Position numbers and translations under genes: made by a program. A DNA stretch of 64,000 nt. It comes from Thalia democratica. Taxonomy: Eukaryota. This document shows, in pieces, positions 39,801 to 54,146 of the stretch. The DNA lies in assembly GCA_965202585.1 (NCBI GenBank), contig OZ241827.1:21638001-21702000 (forward strand), in the 5' to 3' direction. The notes beneath the pieces are model-generated. The model was not told the origin of the DNA. It saw only the letters and a list, made by a program, of their open reading frames with translations, and made no database searches. Numbering within the stretch: position 1 is the first letter of the stretch; each line of letters starts with the position of its first letter.

Positions 39801-42800
39801 TGAAAAGAGAATCATTCCACTGGAACTGTGGGTGTCATTTGGTTTTTGATGATTTTCCTCATTGAAGACCAGGAGCACAGTGGATATAGTTCTGAAATTT
39901 ACATTAATTTAAAAGTCACTAAAAGTCACATAAAATTAAACAATTTTTAAACAACCTTTTACAAAATTTTTTCCAATCTTACAGAATACTTTCATAACAA
40001 TATTCAAACATAACAACTTACTTGGTTTTAATTGTGACTGCCTCTGTATTAAAGTATAAGCAATAAGAGACAACAATTGTTTTGTTTACAAACCAAATGA
40101 TAAAACAACCATTTTAGAAGTGTTAATAAACATTTAAAAATTCGCTAAAAACCAGTACCAGGGAACAGATTTAAATTAAACACAAAAAAGTAATCTCTCG
40201 CTTACCTATAAAGGTTTAAGAAACTAAATGTTAAAAAATATGAAACACATATGTACTAGCATAAAATTATAAACAAACCTAATAACTTTTTATTTAAAGA
40301 CTTTATCTTTTAGCAACTATATTTTCATAGAAGTTTTGTCCCCCTTTTGGTAATTTTATCAAATATGTAGACAATAGGTACTAAATGGAACTACTTCAGT
40401 TTAGTGAAATGTTTTTTTAAATAAACGCTTAACTTTTATAAATTAACACGTAGAGTTTTATTGAACCCATTCTTATTTAAATTTTACTTATGTTGATTAC
40501 GCTTGAAATTATTTAATTGATTATTTACTATGTTGTGTAATATATATTGTTTGTGTTTTATCTTAGTTTATTGTTTCAATTGTATTTTCTCTGACGAAAA
40601 TTGATGAAATATATTGGAAAAGAAAGAGTTTGAGTCATTTTATTTATTTAGTAAAATTGAAAACAAGTCTGATTTTTAAATTATTAAAATTTTACTATAT
40701 TCAGTCTACTACTATAAAGAAATTTTACTTAAAAATAAATGAAATAGTTTCTCGTTGCAGCTAAAGTATTGTTTATTGTCAATCAAATATTCCTAAAACC
40801 TTTTGTTTAATTAGTTTCTAGTATTTAATTAGTAAAAAAAGTTTTTTTAGATCTTGTAAAAGTTTAAAATCACCAAAATATTTTTTAAAACAGTATAGTT
40901 CTTTTGAAAATTGCAACAAAAAACTTTAAAGCCTATAAATTGTTTTTAAATTTTATTTTCACTGATAATAAGCTATATTATAATACTTCACATTAAAATT
41001 TATATACAATTCTAATTATCTCGTGCACATTTTTCCAAAACAAAAGGTGAGTGTAGTTTTTTTTTGTAGCTTTTTAAATAAAATTTCGTTTAACTTTAGC
41101 TACTTAGTTCAATCGAACTTTACAGGCATGTTTTTTTATTTAGTTTATTTATACTAGAAGATGCAAACAAAAATTTTTGATAAAAATAGAAAAAATTGTT
41201 CTGAAATTAAACTTTTATATATCAAACTGCGAAATGATTTAAGCTTCTAAAAATATGAGAACTTGTTTTAAATCGCAACTGTATAAACTTAAAAATTGTT
41301 GGTTTTAGTAACACAAAATATTGATGATTTAAATAAATTACCTTTTAAAATAAATACTTATTAAAAACTTTCAAATTTTTTCTATTTTTTGACATTAACT
41401 CGAAATAACAAACCTGCATTTTACCTTGCTATCTAAATTTGTCTTGTAAAATTTTTGTTAAGTTGTTAAAACATCTTAGTATAAATAACCACAATGATAT
41501 AGTAAAAAAGTAGCCTATTTAGTTACTTTAAACACTATAAATCTCAAGACTTTTTGAATAAAGAGCTTTAAATAGAAGAAACAGCTTTTAAGATAATTAG
41601 TTTAATTTATACTAATGAAAAAACGAGTTTGAAAAGTTTGTGTAATAAACAATATTATTAAATTCTTATAGTTAAAAACAAAAATTGGATATACTAAATA
41701 AAATCATTTATAAATCTATCATACGATCTAATATTATGATAAACATCATACTAATTAAAATTTAAAAAAATCTACAAATAACAGACACTTCAATTAGGTT
41801 TATAAATCGTAACAAAGTTCATACTGATTAAACATGAATTTAAGCAACTTTTGGTTACTTAACTCAATCAAGTGTCAGTATTTGTTACTATTTATTTGCA
41901 TTTGATCGGAATTAATTTATAAAACAGCAGAAAGTTTTGGGAAACCAAAAAAATGATTTTGTCTGCTTTTGTTAAAACTTTGTGAACATTGTTTTTGAAT
42001 GTAAAATTTCTGAAAAACTTTTAAATAGGTAAACAAACTTTATTTTACAAAAAAACGTACGTTACGTTAAACGTGTACCTTACAGCTTTAGACAAGATTT
42101 AGTTTTTTTTAAATTGAAAAATAGCTAATTTTTTATTATGTTAACAAAAGTTTTACACGCTTAGTTTATTGTTTAAGTTATTTAAAAAATAACAGCTTTA
42201 TGTTATCATAAAATATTTTAAAATCGTTTTTGCGTTCATTTAATTAATTTATCTAATAAAACATCAAAAATTAAAAAAAAAAATTCATCTTATTTTCAAT
42301 ACTTAGTGCGTATCTATTAAAGTGCGTTCCATATTATTGCCCTTACTGTACTTGACTGTCTATTCATAAGAATAAAAAAGTATTTATAAAGGAAATTCTT
42401 ATTGATTCTTGTATCATACTTTTAAATATTTACTAGATTAGTATTATGAATTGTTTATCAAATGAGTTAATAATATTAAAGTAAACTGCATGGATAACAA
42501 ACATTGCTTATTTTACTAGCTAATTAAATAACACAAAAAATGTTGTAGTTAGTGTTTTATTGTTGTGAGACAAGGTAAAAAGTTTCACTTTGTAACAATT
42601 ATGAATTTATTTTTTAAAGTGCATTATGTAGTTGTAAGAACTGTGTTTTGTTTAACTTCAAAACAAAGTACTTGAAAAAAGGATGAATTAGCAAAACATT
42701 TAGTTTAAAAAGTAATTGCTATATTTATTAAATTTAGTTTAAAATAACATATCAGAAGTTATAAAGTAATAAAAGAATATTTTTTAAAACACTAATTTTT

Positions 42801-44392
42801 GTTTAAAAAATTGTAACTTTATTGGCTAAGTAAATATATAACATTAAACATATTTTCAAAGAGATACTGTAAAAACAGCGACCAATACACAAACCCTTCT
42901 TGCTGATTGCGCCTGAAAACTTTCACCACAAGCATCACGCGGCGGTCGATTTTAGGTTTCTGGTAAATTTACCTCTTTTATATTAGTTTCAAAACTTTTT
43001 TAAAGATTATTTATAATTCTTAATATGTCTTGGTTTTAAAACTGCTACTTAAACTTACTTAATAAGTTTCAATACAAATAAACCTTGCTTAATACAACTG
43101 ATATGTTATTCTAACTGAATTTTTCGGTAAATGTAGGTATAACCTGTATATTTTGTCTTTGCAAAATCATTTGAACAAACTAAAGAAGCTTTTAAGTTTA
43201 AAAGTCTACCAGGAAATAGTTTACGATGCAGTACTCAAATATTAGAATAATAATAAAACGTATCTGTTGTATTAAAAGTTGAACAAAAAGCTTAAATTTC
43301 ATCGAGACATCAACTTTACTGACAAATGTGATTTGTTTTTTTTAGTATAAAGTTTACTAATTTGTTATGTCTAGAAGAATTTTAAACTTATTCTGTTTTC
43401 CAAATACTTCGTCAATACTATACGCTCAAAGTTCACATACACTTACAATTGTTAAATTATTTTAGAAATTTAAAGTAGAACTTTTTTTTTAATATTGTAA
43501 AACTACATTTTGCCGAAACACTGTCTTACTAAAAAACTAACCGTTTGTATTTTATAAATTATTTTTGTAACATTTGAAACTTGTCATGCTTTTGATCACT
43601 AATTAGGAACTTGTAATAATAATAGTTGTTATTTAGGATAAAGCATTAAATAAAATATGAAGTTTTATTTGTCAGTCTGATTTTTTTTTTAATTGCTTTT
43701 AATATAATAACTTATACAAGAAATTTTAAGCGGCTATACCAAATTGTAAACATACTTTTTTCTAATTGTTTTTTTGAAAATTAAAGTTATGACTCATTTA
43801 TTTTAAAATTATTTAACATAAAAAAATTGTTATTTGAAGTGAAAGTTATTAAGTAATTGTCAAATTTTTTAACAACCTTTTTAATCATCTTTAAAAAAAA
43901 ATAATGTTGAACACAAAATAAAAGACTAACATGAAGTTTGTAAAAAAACAATTTTAACAAGTTATTGTTACTGTATTTAACGTTTTTAAGATTCAAATGC
44001 ATATTAAATAAACAAATCATAGACTTTTACATGAATATGTTTATTGTTTAATTTCAAATCAGGGTTTAAATAAACACTATAACCACAAAACTTAAAATAA
44101 TAAAACAGAAGAAAATCAATTAGTTTTCATGCTAAACACAATTTTCTTTTTGTAACAATTAAAATTAAGCTTTGTGACACGCTTAACTTTTAAAGATAGA
44201 TTCGTTTAAGAAACCAACTTTATACAATTCAAAACAAACTTATGTGTATCAACAGATTTGGTGACATTTTAGTGATAGAAAAAAAATATTTTATAACAAC
44301 ATTTTTCAAATGAACTTTTAAACAACTGACTAATCTTAAAGAATAAGTTATTTGCGATAAAGGTCTATCACCATTTAGAATTCAGAATCAAC

Positions 44393-47300
44393 CTAATCAT
44401 TCAACCATTCGACTAGTATTGGTTTGAAGTCAAAAACGTCTGGTTGTCCCTCGTGCTTGTCCAGGGCGTTTTTGTGGTCGGACCATTTGAAAGGTGGTAC
44501 CTGGTCGTGTGTTGGTCCGCACTCGGCAACCATGCTTAAGTTGCTGAAGAAAAATCATTATGATTAAAAAGTTTTGTTTTTGTTACTAACGCTTAGAACA
44601 AAAAATATCAGGCTATGATTTACCATTAGCTCAACTAAATAAAACATTACAAAAGAAAACAATGTAATTTTTTTTTCTAATTTTATATTTGTTTTTTAAG
44701 TCTGCTCGGCTAAAACTTTTAAATACTACAGGTCACCAGAGTACGACAATCACTTCAGTAGTTTTTTAATTTTTTTTAATTTTTAGTCTGATTATACTGT
44801 TATTGATAACTATTTTAATCTTATAGTCCTAATTCTTTAGTTTAAATCCTAGGCCAGAAATAAAAAAATTATTTATATACAGGCTATCAACCTTGTTTGA
44901 ATTTGATACCAAAGCGATCTATTTTACAGCCTGAAAGAAATATTTTTGCAGTTTATCATATCTTTTTACGATTCGTAAATACTAGTAGAATAAAAAAAGT
45001 ATAAAGTCTATTCGAAGATTGTTTAAATTATAGTTTTTATATTTTTTACTATTTGTACATAATGAAATCACAACTTCAGTGTTTTTTTTAGAACATCAGC
45101 ATGCTTAAAAATAGTTTTTTTTTATTCAACTCTACGACGTGCTAATTTTTAAAGTTTTTAAACATTTACCTTTAACTTTTACCTAAATTAATCCTTTTAA
45201 TCAAAGAACTTTCATTTATTTTAAGAACCAGTTTATTTACTTTCAAAAGTCTAAATTCTTCTTAGTGTTAGTTTTTCATCTCAATTATATTTATACCAAT
45301 ATATATATTAAACTAGTACAGCAACTTTAGTTATTCTTATCAAACGAACTTGTGCAAGCTGTAACTGGTCACTTTGGCGTCGGTGGCGCCAAAGAGCTGT
45401 GACGTCAGTCCTCCGTACACGTCATTCAAATCGTACCTGGAAGCGATCGCGTTGCTCGCCCAACCACCTTGCAGCGGGTCGTGTTTGTAGTCGTTCTTTC
45501 TGCAAAAAAAATTGAATGGTGTACAAAAATTCATTAATTTATCAATTTTTTAGCCTATCAGTTAATAATTAATATGAATAAATTGATGATTTTTTTCAAA
45601 ACGACCTCTAAATAACATTTTTCTTTAAGTTTTTTTGGAGAACAACAATGGTAGAGTGTAGTATAAATACAATTTGTTTATAAACCGATTACAGGATCAA
45701 AAAAAATAAAGCTTCAAAAGAACATTATATGCAATTGTTATACAAATAAAAACTATTGTTATAACTAAACTTATATTAGACTTAAAATTGTATTAAGTTC
45801 TCCTTTTAGTGAACTTTATTTTGTAAAGAAACATTTTTAAAAGCTAATTTTTGTTTTTGTAATGCTTTAAAGCGTCGTTAAATAACAAAGTAGTACCTAA
45901 TTACACAGTTTTTAAGTAGTTATTTAAGAAAATATAAGCATTATTTACTAAAGTACGGTTTTTGCTAACTAATTATTATTACTAACTACATATTTTATTT
46001 TGTTTAGTTGTAATTAGTTAGGTCGTTCACAATGCTATACACTTGTATACAACGTTTTAAAAAAGACAAACAAAAACTAGATCGTTAGTTCTGTAAAAAA
46101 CAATTGTAATTTTTTATATTAAGTCTACTCATTAACATTGTTTTGAATAGTGCAAAATGTATACACAGTACACATACTTAATATACATAAAAGCACTAAA
46201 TATTACATTACCTCATTAGTTTGAACATTTTTCTAACATCTGTCACATTCGACTGGTAGTGGGCAAATATTTTAGCCCTTGGTTTTGAATCGTAGCTTGA
46301 TTTACCGTTTTTATCCAAGAAACCTCCTTCGCGCTGTACTTTTTCAAAGTAGCTGTTTAAAATAAATGAGAACGCACTTTCAAACTGTTTCTAGTGTATA
46401 AAAAGAAACAAGCTACAACATATTTATATAACAAAAAAAAAGTTTAAGTATAATTTCAACTGCTTTTTATAGTTTAAAAAAACTTCGAAATAAAGTAAAG
46501 TACTAATAAATTCAACAATTTTGAAAAGTTTTTAATTTAAGTTTTAACAAAAAACTTGTTTAATTAAAAGCAGAAACTTTGCACAATTTTAATGTTAGCA
46601 ATTTAGTAACTACAAAGTAAGCAAAAATATTGAAGCTATGAATAAAGTTTACTTTGAAATTTAAAATACTCACGGATAGTTGTAACTTGGAAAGTATTTC
46701 TTTTCAACAAGTCTGTCACTCATATCTCTATAATGTATAAGACCTCTGAAAGCATTAAAACAGTGCGTTTAAAATAGATTGCTTTACATAAAACCAAATA
46801 ACAAACTGTCTTTAAACAACATTTGTGAATTGAATAATGAGCTTTACAAAACTTTAAATTAGCTTAATTGTCATTATTTAAGTAAAAGAGTGGTTTCTTC
46901 AAATAAAGCACAACTAGAAACTTATACATATGTATGAACTTTGAAAAGTAAACTCACGGAATTTGCTCGAGAACGTACAGCAGTCCATCGTTGATGGAAG
47001 GTTTCCTCCCAGGAACGAACTTATTGTAATCAATTACCATCCATTGGTTATTGTACCTAATTAACCAAGAATCAGCTCATAAATTCAAAAATACACATTA
47101 GAAATAAACGTTAATCAAATAACAAATAATAATGCACTTAGATTTAATTAATACACAGAGTGTTCTATGCGCGGGGCAATGTTTTTGATTTTCTCCTAAT
47201 AGTACAGCTCTCTGTGCAGACATAAATAACATTATATAAAATAGTTTCTAAGATATAAGTTAATCAAAAACTGGATGAAAAAAATTAAATCAAAATAAAT

Positions 47301-50300
47301 AAAATTTCAAACGTCCCGCTGTTGTGCCGCCGAAACACTTGGCACCACTCGGATCCGCTGGACGCCATCCTGTTGGCAACCAGGTTCCTCACCCACTCCA
47401 ACAACCTCCCCCTGGCCCCCACGAAACTCTTCGCCCTTTCGTCGTTCTTGTTTCCAATCGTAGTTTCCATGGTCACCTTCGGGTAACACGAGTTTTTGTT
47501 TTCAGAAACTAAAGCTGGTTCTTAAAACTAGTGCCAAATGTTTAAGGAGTTTTGAAAAAGCAACAGTTCCAACATGCAGTTATGTTACAAATGCTCGTTC
47601 TCACCAGACCGGACGACATGATGTACCAGTCGTTGGATGAAAACAAATACCCAGGCTCGCTGTTGTAAGCCACTTTGTTCCCTGCGTACTCAGTACCTGT
47701 GAACGTGATTTTGTAAGTAATGCTACTCATACATAAAAATTCCATGCTAAAACTCTATACGCCTTTGTATTTTATCGTAAGTAATAGTTTTTTTATGCAC
47801 AAAACAAACTACTAACCTTCCAGCTCGCTTAGAAACTTTTTTTATTAAGGAGAAACAAACCGTCGTGTTTGGTGAAATGAAAGTGGTACTTCTTCATGAT
47901 CTTCAGCATGGTCGAGTAGGGCCGCCAGGTGGCGTGACCGACCAGTAAATCGGTGAAATCTGGCAGAAGCTTGACCAGAGCCGAGCACTCGAGTGGGTTG
48001 GTGGGGAGGGAGTTTTCTGAAGACCTCCTGAAATTTGCGGGGCTGACGGCGAACAGAATTTCTTTTACCTCGTGATCGCTCGAAAGCTGGCTGTGATTGG
48101 TTTAAATTGCTCTCACATTGGGTGTTTAGTAAAGTTTTAGTAAAATTTCTAAATTCTATTTAAATTATTTTACTGCTAAATGTTATAAATAAAACTTTGT
48201 TTGTTTGATTGATTTTTTATTAACATTTGTATCCACTTAACTAACTACTTTAACTTTTATCAATTTAAATGGACCCGTTATCGCTTGAGAGTTGGTTGAT
48301 GTAGATTTAAATTGCGTTGAGTATAAAAAATGTTAGCAGTTGCAGAAGAAACTATTTTTGTTTTAAAATCAGATAAAATATTAACTTTGTTAAGTTTCTA
48401 AAGTGAAATCTCGTTTATTTTATTAACCTTTTAATAAAACTTGAGCCTAAAATAATTTAAGGCTTTTGCGTGCATAAAAGTTTATTAAAAACTATGATAC
48501 AGGTTTTGATGTTTTTTTTTTGTTTGTTACAGGATTTGATTACAATATTTGTAATATAAGTTTTTTTGGAATTTATTAGTATTTTTATTAAGTGTTGTGA
48601 GAAAAAAAAATATAATGATACTGTAAAAACGTACTAAGTTGAAATATTTAATAAATCGTAACAGGTTAATGTTTTAAACTTGTTCTACTATCTCAGAATA
48701 TAAAGTAATACTTTTCAACACATGAGTATGAAAAACTATCGCATAATGGAGTGGAACTAAAATATCAATAACAAAAAATTCAGAGCATTAAAAAAAGAGT
48801 TTAAATTTTAATTATTAATGATTGCTTATTAAACAGTATAAAGATAAGTATATATTTATGCAAATTAATCATATTCAGTATTTTAAGTAATCGTCTATAT
48901 TTTTTTTACTTTAGAAAGTTTTTTATAAAAAAGTATAAAAAAACTTATACACATAATAATATGTTTTTTTTGAAAGTATTTTAACTCTTACCTAAATCCA
49001 AGCATTAATAATAAGAGCGGAGTATACATCAATGTAAATTAATTACATTCTATATTTTAGGTAACCGTCTATTTTTTTTTTAATTTTGGAGTTTTACATG
49101 AAAAAGTACAAAAATGTTTCTACACACAATAACATGTAATTTTTGTGAAAACGTTTAGACTAATACCTAAATATTAAGCAATAATGAACAAAGCTGAGTA
49201 TACATTAATGCAATATATAATCACATTCTATACTTTAGGTTTTTTTTCTTTTTAGATTTTCATGAAAAAGTATAAAAAGTTTTACACACACAAAACGACA
49301 TATTACTTTTTTGAAAACACTTTAAACTATTTTTCTAAACTAAAGCATGTATGCAAAAAAAACAAACTTTAAGTAAATACATAGGTATAAAAGATGTTTT
49401 ATTTGTGCTAAGTTTACTACGTTTTTTCTAGTATTGATTATTTAAAAGTGCTTCATTAGTATAAAAAAGTAGCTTTTAAAACGTGTTTGCAAAATTGTTA
49501 AGTAAATTTGTATTGAAGCAGTTTCATATAAAGAGCTTGTTCGCAGTTCAACAACTACAAGTAAAGATTCAGTTTTCTTGTTTAAAAGAAACATGATAGT
49601 AAATTGTTTAAACTTGTTTAAAGTCACTAAATGTGATTACAATATAAATTTGGTACTTATTTTTGTGGTTAAAAGTTGTTTCTTAACTTAGATTATATAC
49701 TCTGTTGTGTTTTACTTCTAAACAATAAAGTAAATAAAGAACATAAAAATGAGTTATATTTTTTTGCGTAAAAACAAAAAATCAGATTATTAAGAAAAAA
49801 CAACTCTGTTCTTCAAGTTACATAAAATTTTATATATAAAATTTGTTTTTGTTTGAAAACTCAATAACGTTTTTTAATCATCAGAATAAAAGTTACTAGT
49901 GTGGTAAAATTTTGTTTTCTCAAAGAACAATGAGTTTGAAGAAGTACAAGTAAGCATTTAACTTTGTTATTTTTGAAAACTAAAAAAGTTTTTAAGTTTT
50001 TATGCAGAATTTTCTCATAGTTATTAGCTTTTATACGTTTAAAAGTGCTTAAAAAACAAAATAAAATTACTTTGTCAGCTAAAATTATATTAAATGTGTT
50101 TTAAGCTAAATAAAGCATGATAATTTGTTTTACCTTTTACAAGAGTAACCAACAACCTAACAACCAACAGAAAAAAAAAATTGATTAGATTAAATTATTT
50201 TTAGATTAAATATTTTAAATACTAATAATAGGTTTTACTGGAAACGATAAGTTTATCGTTATTTGTAATAATTAAAAAGGTAAGTTTTTTTAAAGTTTAT

Positions 50301-52413
50301 ATGAGTAATTAATTATGTCATAACTTTAAAAAATAAAAAATATACCACTTTTTATTTAATATAATTCCAGCAGGAAATTTCATATAAAATAAATAAAGTA
50401 CTAAATGTTAGATAAATAAATAACTGTTTTATTTGTTTTAAAAACATTTCAATTAGGTATGTTAAAATTATTTTGTTTCTAAATAAAAACGTTAAGAAAG
50501 AAGCATGTTAATGGAAAAACTTAATCATAATTACATTTTACATTGAAAAAGCAATATATAACAAAATTTATTTTTATTTTTATAGAAATTAAATTTAAGT
50601 GTTGAGGTTTGTATACATTTATTTAATGTCAAAGTATGTTTAAAACATAATACATTACATGTCTTTTTCTTAAAAGTAAATCCTGATAAGTAAAAAGTGT
50701 TATAAATTCTTATATGAATTTTTTTATTTTTTAATGAAAAATAAGGCTGTATGTTTTATGGCAAGAGATCATCTGTTTTTTAAATTACTAATCTGAAATA
50801 TTAATTGTCATCTTTAACTTTTTTGATGAATCAAACAACAAAAAATACATTTGTTTTTATATAAACTTGTTGAATAAACTATCTGGCATAAGAATAAACT
50901 TACTTATCGTGATAAATAAGTTAACTATAAGAATTAAGCCATAGTATTTGTATCTGTAACTTGTCTTTAGCTAGTCACATCTTTTTTGTACATGTATCAT
51001 TATAACTAAACGAATAAGAAGTTCGTGCATAAACTATATATTTAATTGTTAATGGTAGAAAACGATGAAAATTTCTAAATAGTTTCCTGTATTCCTTCAA
51101 AATTTACGAAACTCACAATAATCCGTACGGGTCAATCCGTAGGCTCAAGTCTATATTTTCCTTTCCATTGTAACCGTCTTCTAAACCTTGTAATTGTAAC
51201 AATATGAGACGGACCTAGGTAGTTAAAAAAATTACACAGTTATGTTGATCGTAAAAAACCACAAGTAAAATAATAATTTTTATGGGTATGCCCAGGGTCA
51301 AAAACTTATTATTTACTACTTAATATTATTATTTTTTAACTAATGTACTTGCTGCCAGTAGTCACTTTTTGGGTTTTGATCGATCATACTGTACATGTAG
51401 TCCAAGTTTTCTCTGAAAAACCTCTTGAGACGAGGGCAGTTTTTCGAAACTTTGGGACAGTGACCTGTGTTTTAGTTCCTTGTAAGTAATAATTTTTTAT
51501 TCTTATACATAATTAAACAAGAATAACTTTTTAATTAACAATTTTTCAGCTTGTATGGCTGTTCCGGAAAACTACTTTTGTTTTGTTTAAAACGAAAAAA
51601 TTGACAAGCTTTTAAAAAAACTCTTTAGGCTTTGTTTCATACACAAACTTTTAAATTTAGGTGTTTTTCAAAACATGTTTGTAAGTTTTTGAGTATCGTT
51701 AGAAATTAAAAGTTATCTGTTACATTTATTAAAGTATAGAAACCTGATTTTGAGTTTTCAATTTTTTGTTTTATCAGGTTTTTTGTTAGTATTCCTTCCG
51801 CGAAACCAGCGACATAGGCTTGCATTGAATTGTTGAATTTTGAATTTGTTTTAATGTCAATAAAGGAAAACCTTTGTAAAGTATAATAGAAATTACTAAA
51901 GTATTAACATTTTTCATACTTACTTATAATGTCTTCAAAAATCTTTTTTTAATTAAAGTAATATTTGTTTTTACTCAAATTCGTAAAATTTTAAGTCCTT
52001 TAAACTTTTAATTTTTTATTTGACTTCTATATTATTTATTTAAGAAAACCAATTTTTGTAGTATTTGTATGTGTTTTATAATTGTTATGAAGAAAACTGA
52101 GTTTAAATGCCAAAACTATAGTATATAAAATCATTTTCTGCATATTAAAAAATCTTCAAAAAAAAAAGTAATTTTTATTTAAAAAACTTAACAGGTTAAT
52201 TAACAAAGCTAACCCATTTTCTTTTATACTGTTTTTAAATGCAGCTCTTAAAATATCAGTTTTGCCAAAATTATCTGTCAGTTTTGTTGTTTTGAATTGA
52301 GTTATTTTGTTTTGATGCACATCATGTTTGAACAAATATGTAGTCCATTTTGCATTACTATAAACTATGGTAAAAATTGAAAAAAAAAGTACTAAACAAG
52401 TTAGTATATTCAT
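44393..52413 (-). CDS. PLBD2: Phospholipase B-like 2 (lysosomal 66.3 kDa-type Ntn hydrolase), 12 exons, apparently intact, 546 aa
   Basis: Manually spliced with GT-AG introns. Exons: 52214-52413, 51744-51871, 51349-51464, 51117-51214, 47861-48090, 47605-47696, 47313-47476, 46958-47056, 46674-46745, 46212-46352, 45350-45499, 44393-44543. They total 1641 nt (546 aa + TAG) with consistent phases. The protein has a signal-peptide-like start [21 protein letters not shown] and family motifs [39 protein letters not shown] (nucleophile Cys), [52 protein letters not shown] and [13 protein letters not shown]. The ETTIGN and GPTxDQVPPF motifs favour PLBD2 over PLBD1. Confidence 0.92.
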
Positions 52414-52676
52414 TCTGTTAATAAAACATTACAGTTTTTAGTTTATGCTTTTCTAAACGTTTTAAAACAACATATGCAAGTTTAATCTTTTGTTTATTTA
52501 TCGCTACTTTTATATTTTTATTTGATTGTAACAAATTAAACTTATGAAAATATAAACTGAAAAACTTTAAACGCGTTTTTTAAAAAAGAAACAAATAAAA
52601 ATGTATTAAATTAGCATGTAGATAAGTTTTATTAAGTATAAAAAAAAGTTTAAAAAAGTTGAAGAAAAGAATAGGT

Positions 52677-53604
52677 TGACTCTCTTGAGGTAGCCACAAT
52701 ACAATATTTCAACAGCAACATTTGAGCATCATACGCGTATACTTAATGCTACACTATTAAGAAAGGCACTTGAATATGAAAAAAGCAAGCTGACGACCTA
52801 GTCAGCTTAGGGATTTTACAGTGTAAAGCTGTAATGAAAAAATCCCTAGACGTCCTAGCGGGTAGACGTCGTCAAGGCGGGCTGTGTGTTTTTGCTGGCA
52901 TACAGGTTATAGCTGGAGTCGACGTGGCCGTCGATTCGAGCTGGAGTCGCTAGACCGCAGTTAGGCGGTTATAGGTTGTATAGCAGACCTCATTGAATAA
53001 GTAGCTAGGGAAGGTAAAGCGAGAGCAAGGCAGGTACCGTCCTAAGCAAGCCGTTGAGCATGAAAGCCGCTCTCTCGCAAGGCGTAGCAGTATATGAACG
53101 AGCTGTGACATGATTCAGCCCAGTTGAAAGTACGTTTGAGTGCAAAAAGTAAAGCATTTCTAGAGGTGAAGGTTCGGACGGGGCGACTGAAGCAGAGTAG
53201 GCGAGATACCAGAAATTGCGAAGCACTCAAAATGTAACTTGTAAAAAAGCGGCATAATCTCATGGTCGCTTTCAAAGTCAGAGGTCAGTTGAAGCGAAAT
53301 GTTTTGGAAGGGAAGCAGGAGGCTCGAGAAAATATTTGTAAAAGAGCGGGAGGTCTGTTTTTTGGAAAAATTGTTGAAAATGAATTTTTGGGTTTTGAGA
53401 AGGGTCGAGGGAATATAGGAAGAAAAGTTGGAAAAAAATTTGAGCAAAAAAGCCGTCCGAATTCGCCCGCGGGCGAATTCGGACGGCTTTTTTGCTCAAA
53501 TTTTTTTCCAACTTTTCTTCCTATATTTTTTTCAAAGGTGTTCGACGAAAGTCGGACGCCTTTTTTTTTACCCAAAAATTTTTTAGGCTACCTCAAGAGA
53601 GTCA
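52677..53604. mobile_element. 928-bp GC-rich non-autonomous element bounded by 19-bp inverted repeats (MITE- or Helentron-like; class uncertain)
   Basis: TGACTCTCTTGAGGTAGCC at 52677-52695 and its exact reverse complement at 53586-53604. The interior is much more GC-rich than the flanks. No transposase ORF and no target-site duplication (flanks gaataggt / gagttttt). Confidence 0.55.
53412..53527. repeat. Perfect 116-bp palindrome, third copy
   Basis: Identical to 443-558 at offset 52969. Confidence 0.97.
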
Positions 53605-54146
53605 GAGTTTTTGCCTAGTAATGATTTTTTTTCAGTTCCACTGATGTCATAAGTTTTGAACGTTGCTGCCGAAAGGTTAGCATCGTTTTTATTTTACAAG
53701 TTCTTAATAAAGGTTGTTAAGGTTTTTGAAATTACAAATTGTCAATAGCCATATTAGAAAAATTTATATTACTTTCGATACTTATAATAAATAAATAAAA
53801 AACTTAAGAACATGTATATATATTACTTATGCTGATAAGATAACAAATCCAATTGTACAATCAAAAACAAATTAAATTCGTATCTGTGCCTACGAACAAC
53901 TATGTCAAAAAGAAAATTAAAAGTGTTGTTTTATAACTAAAAAAAACTTTTTAAAGCTGACACTTAATAAAGCAAACAGTTTCATTCAACATTGATACTT
54001 TTTAATAGTACTTGTATGAAGTTTTCTATACAATAAATAAAATTTTAAGTAGCAGGTATTTTGATTAATTTAGTTAAAAGTTTATAATTCATTTAAATTT
54101 TTCTTAAAAATAAAATATCAGAGTTTAGTTTGTTAAATAAAACGAC

